Positions 55,806 through 64,000 of a stretch of 64,000 bases of DNA are shown piece after piece. This DNA comes from Pseudomonadota bacterium. Its GTDB lineage: Bacteria; Myxococcota_A; Bradymonadia; UBA4248. Under the pieces are notes generated by a model. The model did no database searches, had not been told where the DNA came from, and worked only from the letters and a program-made list of their open reading frames with translations. A program made the translations under genes and the position numbers. Numbering within the stretch: position 1 is the first letter of the stretch; every line of letters starts with the position of its first letter. The stretch covers positions 7,214 to 71,213 of the forward strand of contig JAFUEE010000105.1 of the NCBI GenBank assembly GCA_017464085.1, given 5' to 3'.

Positions 55806-57404
55806 TCACTGCCTGGGGATGGTGATGGCGACTTTGAGGTGCTGGCTCTGGTCGAGCGCAGGCTCGCTGGGCAGCGATCCGAAGACCTTGAGGATGCAAG
55901 TCGTCGCGCTCTGAGAGAGCGAGGAGATCTTGTTGTCTTCGTTGCCGATTTCGCGCAGCGACCCGGTGATTTCGCGTCCAAAGCCGGTGCCGTTGAGCGG
56001 CTGGCTGACGAGCAGGAGCGCGCCGTGAGGCGCGTCGCCTTTGGCGATGCATTTGCGGAGGTCTGGAAGTTTCGCGGTGACGGCGGCTTTCCACGCGGAA
56101 TGCGCGTCTTCGGGGACGTTTTTGAAGCGGAATGGGCCGATCGTGAGTTCGTCCATGCGGCTTTTGGTGCGAATCTCTGCGGCTGCGGTTTTGAATGCGG
56201 CTGGTGTCAGGCTGTCGAATTTCCTGAACCACGCGCCGAGATGCGCATGCGCGAGCGCGCTTCGGTGCACGCGGTCGTAGTGTATCGCGCCGAGGAGGCG
56301 GATGAGCTGCTTGGTGTAATCTTCGGCCGAGAGGATCTTGTCAAAGAGATCCGAGAGCGCGCTTGCGTCGTCGGGCTGCGCGCTTGCGCTGAACGGAAGC
56401 CAGGTGAGATTTTTGAGCGCGCCTTTGATCGGCATGCCGTAATGCGCCAGGACGGCTTCCTGAATATCCGTTCTGAGGTTTGTGTACAGGCTTGCCAGGC
56501 GATACATCTGGTCGGCCTGCTCGATTTTCCACAGGTCTGCAGAAAGGTCGTTCTGCGTCTCGTCCATAAAAGCGAGTATCTTTTGATGCGTGTCGTTGCT
56601 CTTGGGATTGGAGAGACGGCTCAGATAGACGAGCTGTTTTTCGATATCCCGGCCGGCGTCGCCCGATTTCCAGAGCAGCCGGAGCGCGGAGATGCATGAT
56701 TTCTGGGAATCCGAAACTTTGGCTGCTTCAAGCGGGGAGCCGGGCGCATCGCCGTAAGTTTTATGGATGTCGCCGAAACAGGCTTCGGCTGCAATCTGCC
56801 AGTCAGCTTTTTCGTCCGAAGTGACGATGAACGGATAGAACGCGGTGACTTCGTCCGCGACATGGGCGCGGAAAAGCGTTTCGTCATGCAGGACATAGAA
56901 GCCGGGTTCAAGCGGTGCATCGAGCGTGATTTCCGAGAAGCCGGCTTCCGGATCCAGCGACCGCACCTTGGCCGAAAGCGATTTGCCGGGAAGCCAGGCA
57001 GTGTTGGTATTGTCCACTCGGGCATAAGGCTCAGTGGTCGCCGTGGCGATGCCCCGGAACTGGGTGATCTGAAGCTGTTCGGCGTGCAGCGCTTCGCTGA
57101 GCACGGAAAATTCAGACGATCCGGCAGGCAGTTTTGTGCCCGCAGGCTTGGCAAAGCCAAACCCGCGTTCCGCATTCGTGGGCATCAGCAATCCAGTATC
57201 GCCGCGCTCGATATGGACAAATTCCCCATTCGAGCAGAGGTAGGCATCCGGGGCTGGCGGCAGGCCGTGCACGGAGGATTCGACGGCGGCTTCGGCTTCT
57301 GTTTCGGCAGGCTGAGCCTGTTCTGGGTGATCCGAAATCGTCCGCGAGCAGGCGAATGCAAGGAGCACGGTGCACAGGATTGGAAAGAATGGCTTGAAAC
57401 TCAT
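55806..57404 (-). CDS. Lipoprotein (hypothetical, 532 aa)
   Basis: Lipobox AFAC. No recognised motif. Start overlaps the stop of the upstream L,D-transpeptidase gene (operon). Confidence 0.5.
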   Translation of the reverse strand: MSFKPFFPILCTVLLAFACSRTISDHPEQAQPAETEAEAAVESSVHGLPPAPDAYLCSNGEFVHIERGDTGLLMPTNAERGFGFAKPAGTKLPAGSSEFSVLSEALHAEQLQITQFRGIATATTEPYARVDNTNTAWLPGKSLSAKVRSLDPEAGFSEITLDAPLEPGFYVLHDETLFRAHVADEVTAFYPFIVTSDEKADWQIAAEACFGDIHKTYGDAPGSPLEAAKVSDSQKSCISALRLLWKSGDAGRDIEKQLVYLSRLSNPKSNDTHQKILAFMDETQNDLSADLWKIEQADQMYRLASLYTNLRTDIQEAVLAHYGMPIKGALKNLTWLPFSASAQPDDASALSDLFDKILSAEDYTKQLIRLLGAIHYDRVHRSALAHAHLGAWFRKFDSLTPAAFKTAAAEIRTKSRMDELTIGPFRFKNVPEDAHSAWKAAVTAKLPDLRKCIAKGDAPHGALLLVSQPLNGTGFGREITGSLREIGNEDNKISSLSQSATTCILKVFGSLPSEPALDQSQHLKVAITIPRQ

Positions 57405-59611
57405 GGTGTTGGCTCGTCTGCGCCGGGATCGGCAGCAGCAGGCTTGCGCGCGACCCAGGCTTTGGGATTGGGCTTGCAGGAAAGCTCTTTTGCCTTCGGC
57501 GGCTCAAGCGCATATTTGACATAGCGGTACGGATCCGCAAGGAAATTGACGATGCCGTCGTCATCCACGCGGACGGTGAAGTAATCGATGAACACGTCAA
57601 AGCGGTTTTTTAGGATAAACCTGCGCGGCTGGAGGTCTTCGATTTCCGTTTCGATCTTGTCTTTCCACTGGCCGTCATACTGCAGCAGCAGTTTCGCGAG
57701 CTTGAGCGGCTCCCACACGCGCATGCACCCGTGGCTGAATGCGCGGATCGGATATTTGAAAAGCCCCTTTTTCGGGCTGTCGTGCAAAAATGTGCTGTGC
57801 GGGTTCGGGAAAATAAACTTCACTCTCCCGAGCGCATTATTTTCGGAAGGCAGCTGGCGCAGAACGGTATGGCCGCCTTCTGTGTAATACTCAAAGCCGT
57901 GCGTCTCCAGCCAGGTCGGGTCGGAATTGATCTTCTCGATATAGTCTTCCTGCTCGATGCGCGGCGGCACGATCCAATACGGGTTGTATTCGATATACAG
58001 CATGCGCGCATGCTGAAGCGGTGTCGCGTTGATGAGCTTCCACTGCTTTGTCTGCGGATCGCACGCTTTGCCCGCGTTGCCCACCACCACCGGGAATCTG
58101 TAAGCCCTCTGACCGTCCCTCCAGACTTCGCCATGAAAATCCGGGACGTTGATGAGGATGTAATATGGCGACGGTATGATCTGTGTCTTGTGCCAGCGCC
58201 TCAGATTTTCGTCAATCTGTTCGAGGCGCTTGGCTCTCGGGGTGTTGATGCTTTCCCAGAATGCTTTTGCGATGCCTTTCTGTTCGTCATACGCGAGCTG
58301 ATGCGTCTCGTGGTAGAGCTGCACGGCGGCGCGCAGGTCGTTGTCATAGACTTCGGCTTCCGGCGCGCTGAGCGCGGCTTCGGAAATGTCTCCGTGATAA
58401 TAGCCTTCGGCTGCGAGTCGCTTGCGCAGCAGAGGCATATTTTTGTGCGAGCGCCCGGCTTTGAGGGGGATGGACGGGATTTCTTTCCAGTCTTCGAGCG
58501 CGGCATACCTGTCGTGGGCTTCCATGAGCTGTTTGTATGCCGGATGCGGCGGATAGAGCGCTTCGACGAGATCGGCGACGCTTGTGGCGTTGTGCAGCCT
58601 TGTTTTCTGGGCATTCGCGGCTTCGATTTCGGCCTTGTGCGCGTCTTTGGCTTCGTCGAGTTTCGAGTCATCTATTTCGACGACTTCGGTTTCTTCCGGT
58701 TCGGGGGCGGCCTCGGTCTCTGCCTCTGCATCCGCTTTGCCCTTTGAGCCCAGCGAGTCAGCCACGCGCACGAGCTCGTCAAACCAGGCTTTCGTGCGCT
58801 TCTGCGCGATCGCCTTGTACTTGGCATCCGTTGGGGTCTTGCCGAGCGAGGCGGTTTCTTCGTCGGTCAGATGCGTCATGTTTTCAAACGCCATCGCGCG
58901 CGCGAAGCGCATGGCCTGATCTGCCGCAAACACTTCCGTGAGCGCCTCTTTCTTTGCGGTCGCGGCGGCGTTCATCGCGCGCTCATGCACCGTCTGATAC
59001 AGTCGCGGCAGCGTATTTTCGTCGCGGACCAGGTCTGAAATCAGGTTACGGACCGCCTCGTGGCTGGTCACATCGACTTTTCGGTCGCGGATTGTGTCCG
59101 CCAGGATTTTTTGTTCCTCTTCTGTGAAGACGAATTTCTCCGGCTGCTCATGATCCTTTCCGAGCGCCTCGAGCGCTTCATTCAAGGCTGTGGCCGGTTT
59201 CAGTCCGTGCCTTTCCATCTGGCCGAACTCATCCGTCAGCGGCTTGAAATCGTCCGAAATCGCGCCGTTGCTCACAAAAATCGGCGCATATTGCCTGGCC
59301 TCATAGACCGACTTCAGGTCATCCGGCTGCAGAAAAGCCTTGTTTTTCTTAAACAATTCGTCGTCGAGCGCAGCCTTGATTTCTTTGGGCAGATCGCTTG
59401 CGTTTGCGAAGCGCATCGCGAAGTTCGCAAGGCGTTCCGCGTTGTTCCGGACATAAATATCTATGGGGTCTTCTTTTTTGACTTCTTCTTGCGCCACGGC
59501 TTCGGTTTCGCCAGTGCCGTCGGCGGCTTTGGGGTCATCGGTCGTCTTGGGCGCGCCGCTGCATGCGGTGAGCAGACCTGCCAGCACCAGGGGGAACATC
59601 CATGGTCTCAT
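57401..59611 (-). CDS. L,D-transpeptidase (YkuD-domain, LdtD/YcbB-like) lipoprotein
   Basis: Catalytic motif HGFEYY...SHGCMRV (H...S/HGC(M/I)R). Lipobox LTAC. ~736 aa, comparable to E. coli YcbB. Confidence 0.75.
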   Translation of the reverse strand: MRPWMFPLVLAGLLTACSGAPKTTDDPKAADGTGETEAVAQEEVKKEDPIDIYVRNNAERLANFAMRFANASDLPKEIKAALDDELFKKNKAFLQPDDLKSVYEARQYAPIFVSNGAISDDFKPLTDEFGQMERHGLKPATALNEALEALGKDHEQPEKFVFTEEEQKILADTIRDRKVDVTSHEAVRNLISDLVRDENTLPRLYQTVHERAMNAAATAKKEALTEVFAADQAMRFARAMAFENMTHLTDEETASLGKTPTDAKYKAIAQKRTKAWFDELVRVADSLGSKGKADAEAETEAAPEPEETEVVEIDDSKLDEAKDAHKAEIEAANAQKTRLHNATSVADLVEALYPPHPAYKQLMEAHDRYAALEDWKEIPSIPLKAGRSHKNMPLLRKRLAAEGYYHGDISEAALSAPEAEVYDNDLRAAVQLYHETHQLAYDEQKGIAKAFWESINTPRAKRLEQIDENLRRWHKTQIIPSPYYILINVPDFHGEVWRDGQRAYRFPVVVGNAGKACDPQTKQWKLINATPLQHARMLYIEYNPYWIVPPRIEQEDYIEKINSDPTWLETHGFEYYTEGGHTVLRQLPSENNALGRVKFIFPNPHSTFLHDSPKKGLFKYPIRAFSHGCMRVWEPLKLAKLLLQYDGQWKDKIETEIEDLQPRRFILKNRFDVFIDYFTVRVDDDGIVNFLADPYRYVKYALEPPKAKELSCKPNPKAWVARKPAAADPGADEPTP

Positions 59612-59805
59612 AGCTTGTGTGGGCCTCCATGCCTCAAATGGTGCCGAAATGGCACGGGCAGAGTATGGCGTGCTGGGAAGAAAAGGCAAATTTGCGGGCT
59701 CGCAGGACGCTTCGCGTGCCTGTTCGCGGCGGCGCTATGTTCATACGCGCCGCCCAGCGCCGCTATGACCGCCCTTCGGGCGCTGCATACGCGGCGCTTT
59801 TTCTG

Positions 59806-61218
59806 TCACATCCGGTAATTGCACGGCCGTTTCCAGCGGATTCGGCCATTCCCGAGGTCGTAGGTCGTCGCAAGGCATCCCAGCGGCCCATATTTGATGA
59901 CGGGGTAGGGCGATTCCACAAGGCCGGCATCGACATCGGCTTCGCCTGTGTTGCAGATTTCCGACATCTGTGTTTCATCGAGCTCGATGGTGTTTCGCGT
60001 GATCTTTTCGTTCATGCGCTGGATCATCGAATGGCTGAGACGCCAGATGCCGCCGCGCTTTTTGGCCAGGCAGATGCCTGCGCGCTGATATCCCGTGCTG
60101 ATTGATTCCCAGTGCGAATCGAGGCAGTAGAGCGCGCGGCCGTTGCACAGGAACCTGAAATGGCTGAAGTGCTGGGGAGCGATGCCATAATAGCGTTCGA
60201 TATTTTCGAGGATTGAGGCGATTTCTGGGTCGTCCATCGTGCGCGTGAGCGTCTGCGGCGCTTCGGGATCTGTGTGGCGGTGGCGCTCGTCGAATTCATC
60301 GGTCTTTTCGAGCACGGCGACATAAAAGCCCTGCGTGTCGTTCTCCCATGGGGTGACGCGCAGTGTTTTCGCGAGATCTGGGGAGAATGAGCGGCCGTCG
60401 TATTGCGTGATGCCGGGGCGGAAATGTATGCCGGAGATCGGGGGCGTGTCGGCAATTTTCATGAACGGATATCGCGAGATGAGCTCGTCGACGACGGACT
60501 CGTTTTCGTCCGGATTGAGCGAGCATGTGGAATAGACGATTTTTCCGCCGACTTTGAGCAGCCGGCATCCGGTCATGAGTATCCTGTACTGGAGCTGGTA
60601 CTGCGAGGCCGGATTTTTCGCTGTTTCGTAGCGCCATCTGCTTTCGTCGAGCGTGTCGTTGTGCCCGAGCCCCGAGCAGGGCACGTCCGCGAGCACGCGG
60701 TCGAAGACCGGGGGGAGTACGTGCGGGAGGCGTTCGGCGGCCATGTTGTAGAGCACGGCATGCGAGACGAGCATCGCGTCCAGGCGTGCCGCGAGCGGGG
60801 TCATGCGCTTGCCCGCAAGGTCGTTTGCATAGAGGCAGCCCTGGTTGCGCATGGCTGTGGCGATTTGGCTGGTCTTTGAGCCGGGGGCGGCGCACAGGTC
60901 GATGATGTTCTGCCCGGGGCGCGCGTCGAGGAAACGCACCGGAAGCTGTGAGCTGAGGCTCTGTTTGACGAACCAGCCGGCGAAGTGGAAGAGGCTTTGA
61001 GTCGGGTCATAGGGCATGCTGAGGATGCGGAGCGCGTCATCCAGGCCAGACACGCGTTCGAGTTCGAACCCGCGCCTTGAAAGCTCGCGAATCACGTCGT
61101 CTGCATTTGCGCGCAGCGTGTTGACGCGGATGAATTCGCCGACTGGGGCGTGGCGGAGGTATTTGTCGAGCTCTGGGCCAAAAATCTTCTGGAGGTGTTC
61201 GTCAAACGTGAGTTTCAT
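59806..61218 (-). CDS. RsmB/RsmF (NOL1/NOP2/Sun) family rRNA m5C methyltransferase
   Basis: SAM motif DLCAAPGSKTSQIA. Catalytic-Cys motifs DVPCSGLG and TCSLNP. ATG at 61218. Confidence 0.8.
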   Translation of the reverse strand: MKLTFDEHLQKIFGPELDKYLRHAPVGEFIRVNTLRANADDVIRELSRRGFELERVSGLDDALRILSMPYDPTQSLFHFAGWFVKQSLSSQLPVRFLDARPGQNIIDLCAAPGSKTSQIATAMRNQGCLYANDLAGKRMTPLAARLDAMLVSHAVLYNMAAERLPHVLPPVFDRVLADVPCSGLGHNDTLDESRWRYETAKNPASQYQLQYRILMTGCRLLKVGGKIVYSTCSLNPDENESVVDELISRYPFMKIADTPPISGIHFRPGITQYDGRSFSPDLAKTLRVTPWENDTQGFYVAVLEKTDEFDERHRHTDPEAPQTLTRTMDDPEIASILENIERYYGIAPQHFSHFRFLCNGRALYCLDSHWESISTGYQRAGICLAKKRGGIWRLSHSMIQRMNEKITRNTIELDETQMSEICNTGEADVDAGLVESPYPVIKYGPLGCLATTYDLGNGRIRWKRPCNYRM

Positions 61219-61322
61219 GTGTTGTCTTCGGGGCTGTGGGGAAAAAATATCTGCCGCGTATGCGCAGCATAGCGGCAGGGCGCCAGCGTATGCGCAGCAT
61301 AGCGGGCGCGCAGGCAAAATAC

Positions 61323-63308
61323 CTAGGCATTTTTGCGGATGGTTTCCGCATCCTGTGATGTGGTGCGCATTTGCGCGTATTCTTCTTCGGAGACGATGAG
61401 GATGTCGTCGAGCATGCCGGCATCGGGATCTTCCTTTTCGTCTGAAGTGGCGTACATCTTTTCGTATTCGTCGTCGGAGATGTTCTTGAGCCCCGCGAGT
61501 ATGTCTGCCGCATCGGGCGCATCGCTGAGGTCGGGCGCGTCGCTGGCGGTCGCGATCATCGAGGGGGCGTGATGGTCCGTTTCGTCCTTTTCGTCTGAAG
61601 TGGCGTACATCTTCTCGTATTCGTCGTCGGAGATGTTTTTGAGGCTGTCGAGGAAATTGGGCACGGCGCGGCTGGCGTCTTCCGGGTCGAACGCGAGCAG
61701 GTCTTTGTCTGGCGCATGGCTGTCGGGGCGCGTGCGGCTGTTTTCAGGCGCATTGCCGGATGTATGCGCTGTCTGGCGTGTTTCGAGTGGCTTGGTGTCT
61801 GTTGTCAGGCCGAGTTTTTTGTCGAAATCTCGCATGGCGTTCGAGTGGTCGAGCTCGCTTTGTTCGTCGCTGTCTGTGGAGAATGCGACATTTCCGAATG
61901 CTTGTTTGTCGAGTGCGCGTTTTTCGCGTTCCTGGGCGACTTCTGTCGTCTTTTGGAAGAACGACCGGAAGTTGAAGTAGGCATGTTCTTCGACATCGCG
62001 TTCGGCATCGAATTCGTGAGAGATTTCGTTGAGCGCCTGGTAAACTTCGTCCATATATGGCGCGGGAAAATTGGCGTGCTTGAAGCTTGTGGCGACGTTA
62101 TTGAACGCCTGTTTGAGCGTGAATCTTGGCGCGGCCAGTGTTGGGGAGAATACGCTGGGGAGCAAGGCTTTTCGTATGGCGCGTTCGCGCCTGATTTTGT
62201 TGATGCGGCGGTTATTGGGTAGGCGGCAGAGCGGGGCGATGAAGATGAGGAGGCTGAATGCGAACGGTATGCTGCCTAGCCAGAGCGATACGGGCTGATA
62301 GGCTTCGACGGCCGCATGGAAGTTCTGGCCGTACTGCGTTGTCATCAGCGTGACGAGCAAGGCGATGATCCATGGCCCTGCCTTGATGAATATGAGGGAC
62401 ATGATGAGATTGATGGCGTTGAACACGCACACGGAGCCGCTTTGGGAGCCGCAGAGCGGAATGGGCGCATCGAGATTGAGCCATGCATTTTGTGGCGGTT
62501 TGCTGTCGTTTGGCTGGGATGCATCGCATTTTGAGGATTTCATGAGGTCTTCAAAGCAGTAGCAGAGCGTGCCATTTTCGAGGATCTCGACGGTGCCGTT
62601 GAATTCTGCGGTGAAGCGCGCGAGGTCATTTTCGCAATCCTTGAGCGGTTTGCCCGTGACCATGAGCCAGTCGTAAGCCGTGATGATGCCGCGTTTTGCG
62701 CGGATGAGCTGTGCGCAGCGCGTTCGGTCTTCGAGCGGGTCGGTGTCTTCGCGTTCCGTGCCGAACACGAACTGATAGAAGCGCTCGTAGATCGGAATAT
62801 TTTTTTCGCCGTTCCAGCGCGCTTCATAGCTTTGTCCGCCCACGCCCCAGAAGAACCAGATCAGGCCGGCGAAGCCAGTGGGGTAAGCGGTTTGTCCGAA
62901 GAGGCCGTCACTTCGCTGTCTGTCGCCAAGTCTGGCGAAAAAGCATGCCGCGATGAGCATGTAGATCACGAAGTAGATGATGAGCACGGCGGCCAGGACG
63001 ACTTTGAACGACAGCTTGAGGAGCTTGAAGACGGCCTCTTTGTTTCGCGTCCACCAGGAGCGTTCGTCGCGCAGGGTGCATCCGTCAGTGAACTGATAAG
63101 CGAGCTCCCCTGTGTCGCTGACATGCATGGTGCCTTCATGCGTGGCCATGAGCGCGGTGAGTGCGGCGCGGGCGTCATCGTGGTTGAGGCCGGTTTCGGC
63201 GATGATGTCGCCGACGGTGACGGAGCAGTTTCGCCGGAGGACAGCCTGACGGACGCGTTCGAGCAACTCAAAATCATTCAGATATTTGTTCTGCATGGCT
63301 TGATACAC
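61323..63308 (-). CDS. Polytopic membrane protein (hypothetical) with C-terminal LKNISDDEYEKMYATSDEK repeats
   Basis: Several TM helices. The C-terminal cytoplasmic tail has two near-identical 22-aa repeats (DNA direct repeats ~61434-61494 and 61575-61635) plus a degenerate third. Confidence 0.55.
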   Translation of the reverse strand: MYQAMQNKYLNDFELLERVRQAVLRRNCSVTVGDIIAETGLNHDDARAALTALMATHEGTMHVSDTGELAYQFTDGCTLRDERSWWTRNKEAVFKLLKLSFKVVLAAVLIIYFVIYMLIAACFFARLGDRQRSDGLFGQTAYPTGFAGLIWFFWGVGGQSYEARWNGEKNIPIYERFYQFVFGTEREDTDPLEDRTRCAQLIRAKRGIITAYDWLMVTGKPLKDCENDLARFTAEFNGTVEILENGTLCYCFEDLMKSSKCDASQPNDSKPPQNAWLNLDAPIPLCGSQSGSVCVFNAINLIMSLIFIKAGPWIIALLVTLMTTQYGQNFHAAVEAYQPVSLWLGSIPFAFSLLIFIAPLCRLPNNRRINKIRRERAIRKALLPSVFSPTLAAPRFTLKQAFNNVATSFKHANFPAPYMDEVYQALNEISHEFDAERDVEEHAYFNFRSFFQKTTEVAQEREKRALDKQAFGNVAFSTDSDEQSELDHSNAMRDFDKKLGLTTDTKPLETRQTAHTSGNAPENSRTRPDSHAPDKDLLAFDPEDASRAVPNFLDSLKNISDDEYEKMYATSDEKDETDHHAPSMIATASDAPDLSDAPDAADILAGLKNISDDEYEKMYATSDEKEDPDAGMLDDILIVSEEEYAQMRTTSQDAETIRKNA

Positions 63309-63395
63309 GCTGGCAGGGGCGGTTTTGTGCTATCTGTTTTTTCTGTGCCTGGATACAAAAAAAGCATCCTGCGCGAGGATGCCTTTGAAACGGAA

Positions 63396-63468
63396 TGGAG
63401 CTTAACGGGTTCGAACCGATGACCTCTTGACTGCCAGTCAAGCGCTCTCCCAACTGAGCTAAAGCCCC
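63396..63468 (-). tRNA. tRNA-Ala (anticodon GGC), copy 1
   Basis: Cloverleaf folds by hand. Acceptor GGGGCUU with the G3:U70 Ala identity pair. Anticodon loop CU-GGC-AG. T-loop GGTTCGAAC. CCA not encoded. Confidence 0.85.
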
Positions 63469-63481
63469 GGAAAGGGTAACA

Positions 63482-63554
63482 TGGAGCTTAACGGGTTCGA
63501 ACCGATGACCTCTTGACTGCCAGTCAAGCGCTCTCCCAACTGAGCTAAAGCCCC
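63482..63554 (-). tRNA. tRNA-Ala (anticodon GGC), copy 2 (identical)
   Basis: Identical 73-nt sequence 13 bp from copy 1. Confidence 0.85.
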
Positions 63555-63590
63555 ATGGCGTATTGCGAAAGAGTTTCGCAACGGCGGCGG

Positions 63591-63619
63591 CTTATATAGA
63601 GCTTTGCAAAGTTCTGCAA
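63591..63619 (-). promoter_or_regulatory. sigma70-like promoter for the tRNA-Ala pair (TTGCAG-17-TATAAG)
   Basis: Read on the minus strand: cTTGCAGaactttgcaaagctctaTATAAGc, ~35 bp upstream of the first tRNA 5' end. Confidence 0.45.
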
Positions 63620-63720
63620 GCACTTTTTTATTTTTTTTTAATATGGTAGCAATAAGCGAAGTGAGGCCATGCAGATTTGAGCCGTTTGGAGCTGAAGATT
63701 TGCGCACAGTTCATGTGAAT

Positions 63721-64000
63721 ATGATAAGATTTTACTTCGATTACTCAGATTACCGTTCCTATTTGATGATGCATTCCCTGGGCGTGCTGGAAGACCTTCC
63801 GGTGTCGGTGCAATGGATTGCGGTGGATGCGTATTCATTGCGCGCGCTGAGCGGTCATGCGGACAGCGCAGAGATGCCGCTGGTTCAGGAGTTTCGGCGT
63901 CGAGAGGCGCTTCGTTTCTGCAGCCGTGAGCATCTGGAGTTTGTGTGGCAGCCGGAGCGGATTTATATCGGTTCGGCACTGCACATGGGAATCTGGCTGA
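63721..64000 (+). CDS. DsbA-like thioredoxin-fold protein (2-hydroxychromene-2-carboxylate isomerase family-like), 5' partial at window edge
   Basis: MIRFYFDYSDYRSYLMMHSL resembles the HCCA isomerase/DsbA N-terminus (FYFDFSSPYSYL). It lacks the CxxC. Runs off the end of the window. Confidence 0.4.
   Translation, partial: MIRFYFDYSDYRSYLMMHSLGVLEDLPVSVQWIAVDAYSLRALSGHADSAEMPLVQEFRRREALRFCSREHLEFVWQPERIYIGSALHMGIWL

Overview
This is a high-GC (~58-60%) bacterial chromosomal window that is almost certainly from Myxococcota (or Bradymonadia-like deltaproteobacteria). Three things point there: a MYXO-CTERM-type C-terminal sorting signal, a Myxococcus cysteine-rich repeat (TIGR02232-like), and a very large number of Cys-rich lipoproteins. 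Coding density is high. Recognisable housekeeping genes include Lon protease, a class-B PBP transpeptidase, coaD, an ABC-F ATPase, an RsmB-like rRNA methyltransferase, an L,D-transpeptidase, an LMW protein-tyrosine phosphatase and tandem tRNA-Ala(GGC). There is a TolC/TetR/HlyD/ABC-2 permease efflux locus with no ATPase in the window. The accessory content is striking. Two paralogous ~1,100-aa Cys-rich FG-GAP (integrin-alpha-like propeller) secreted proteins flank a protein carrying ~50 DQP tripeptide repeats plus four disintegrin-like Cys repeats. A ~1,190-aa protein carries ~23 thrombospondin-type-3 repeats and a MYXO-CTERM-like tail. A ~1,117-aa lipoprotein has 8 beta-sandwich repeats and a Gly-rich C-terminus. 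There is an OmpA-TSP3 protein, a metallophosphoesterase next to a Cys-rich Lamin-tail-domain lipoprotein, and several other Cys-rich lipoprotein paralogs. Two compact candidate systems of unknown function stand out. The first is a 4-gene operon (34546-38374): unknown, lipoprotein, M15 peptidase, and a PF13471 transglutaminase-like (lasso-B2-like) protein with no lasso partners. The second is a tandem-AAA+ ATPase followed by a PF14907-like nucleotidyltransferase and a small low-GC ORF (43275-46916). Intergenic DNA carries several families of small dispersed palindromic repeats: a 45-bp perfect palindrome in two copies, a ~100-bp TIR-bounded element in two copies, a GGCCGTATGCGC hairpin family, and a GGGGGA-N4-TCCCCC composite. 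It also carries tandem arrays (G/T-rich ~38-bp x5, 9-bp DQP x~38, 42-bp x6, 33-bp x3). Many long antisense ORFs in the six-frame track are GC-driven artefacts. My reading of the text did not always agree base-for-base with the ORF track, so adjusted start coordinates are approximate (+/- a few bp).
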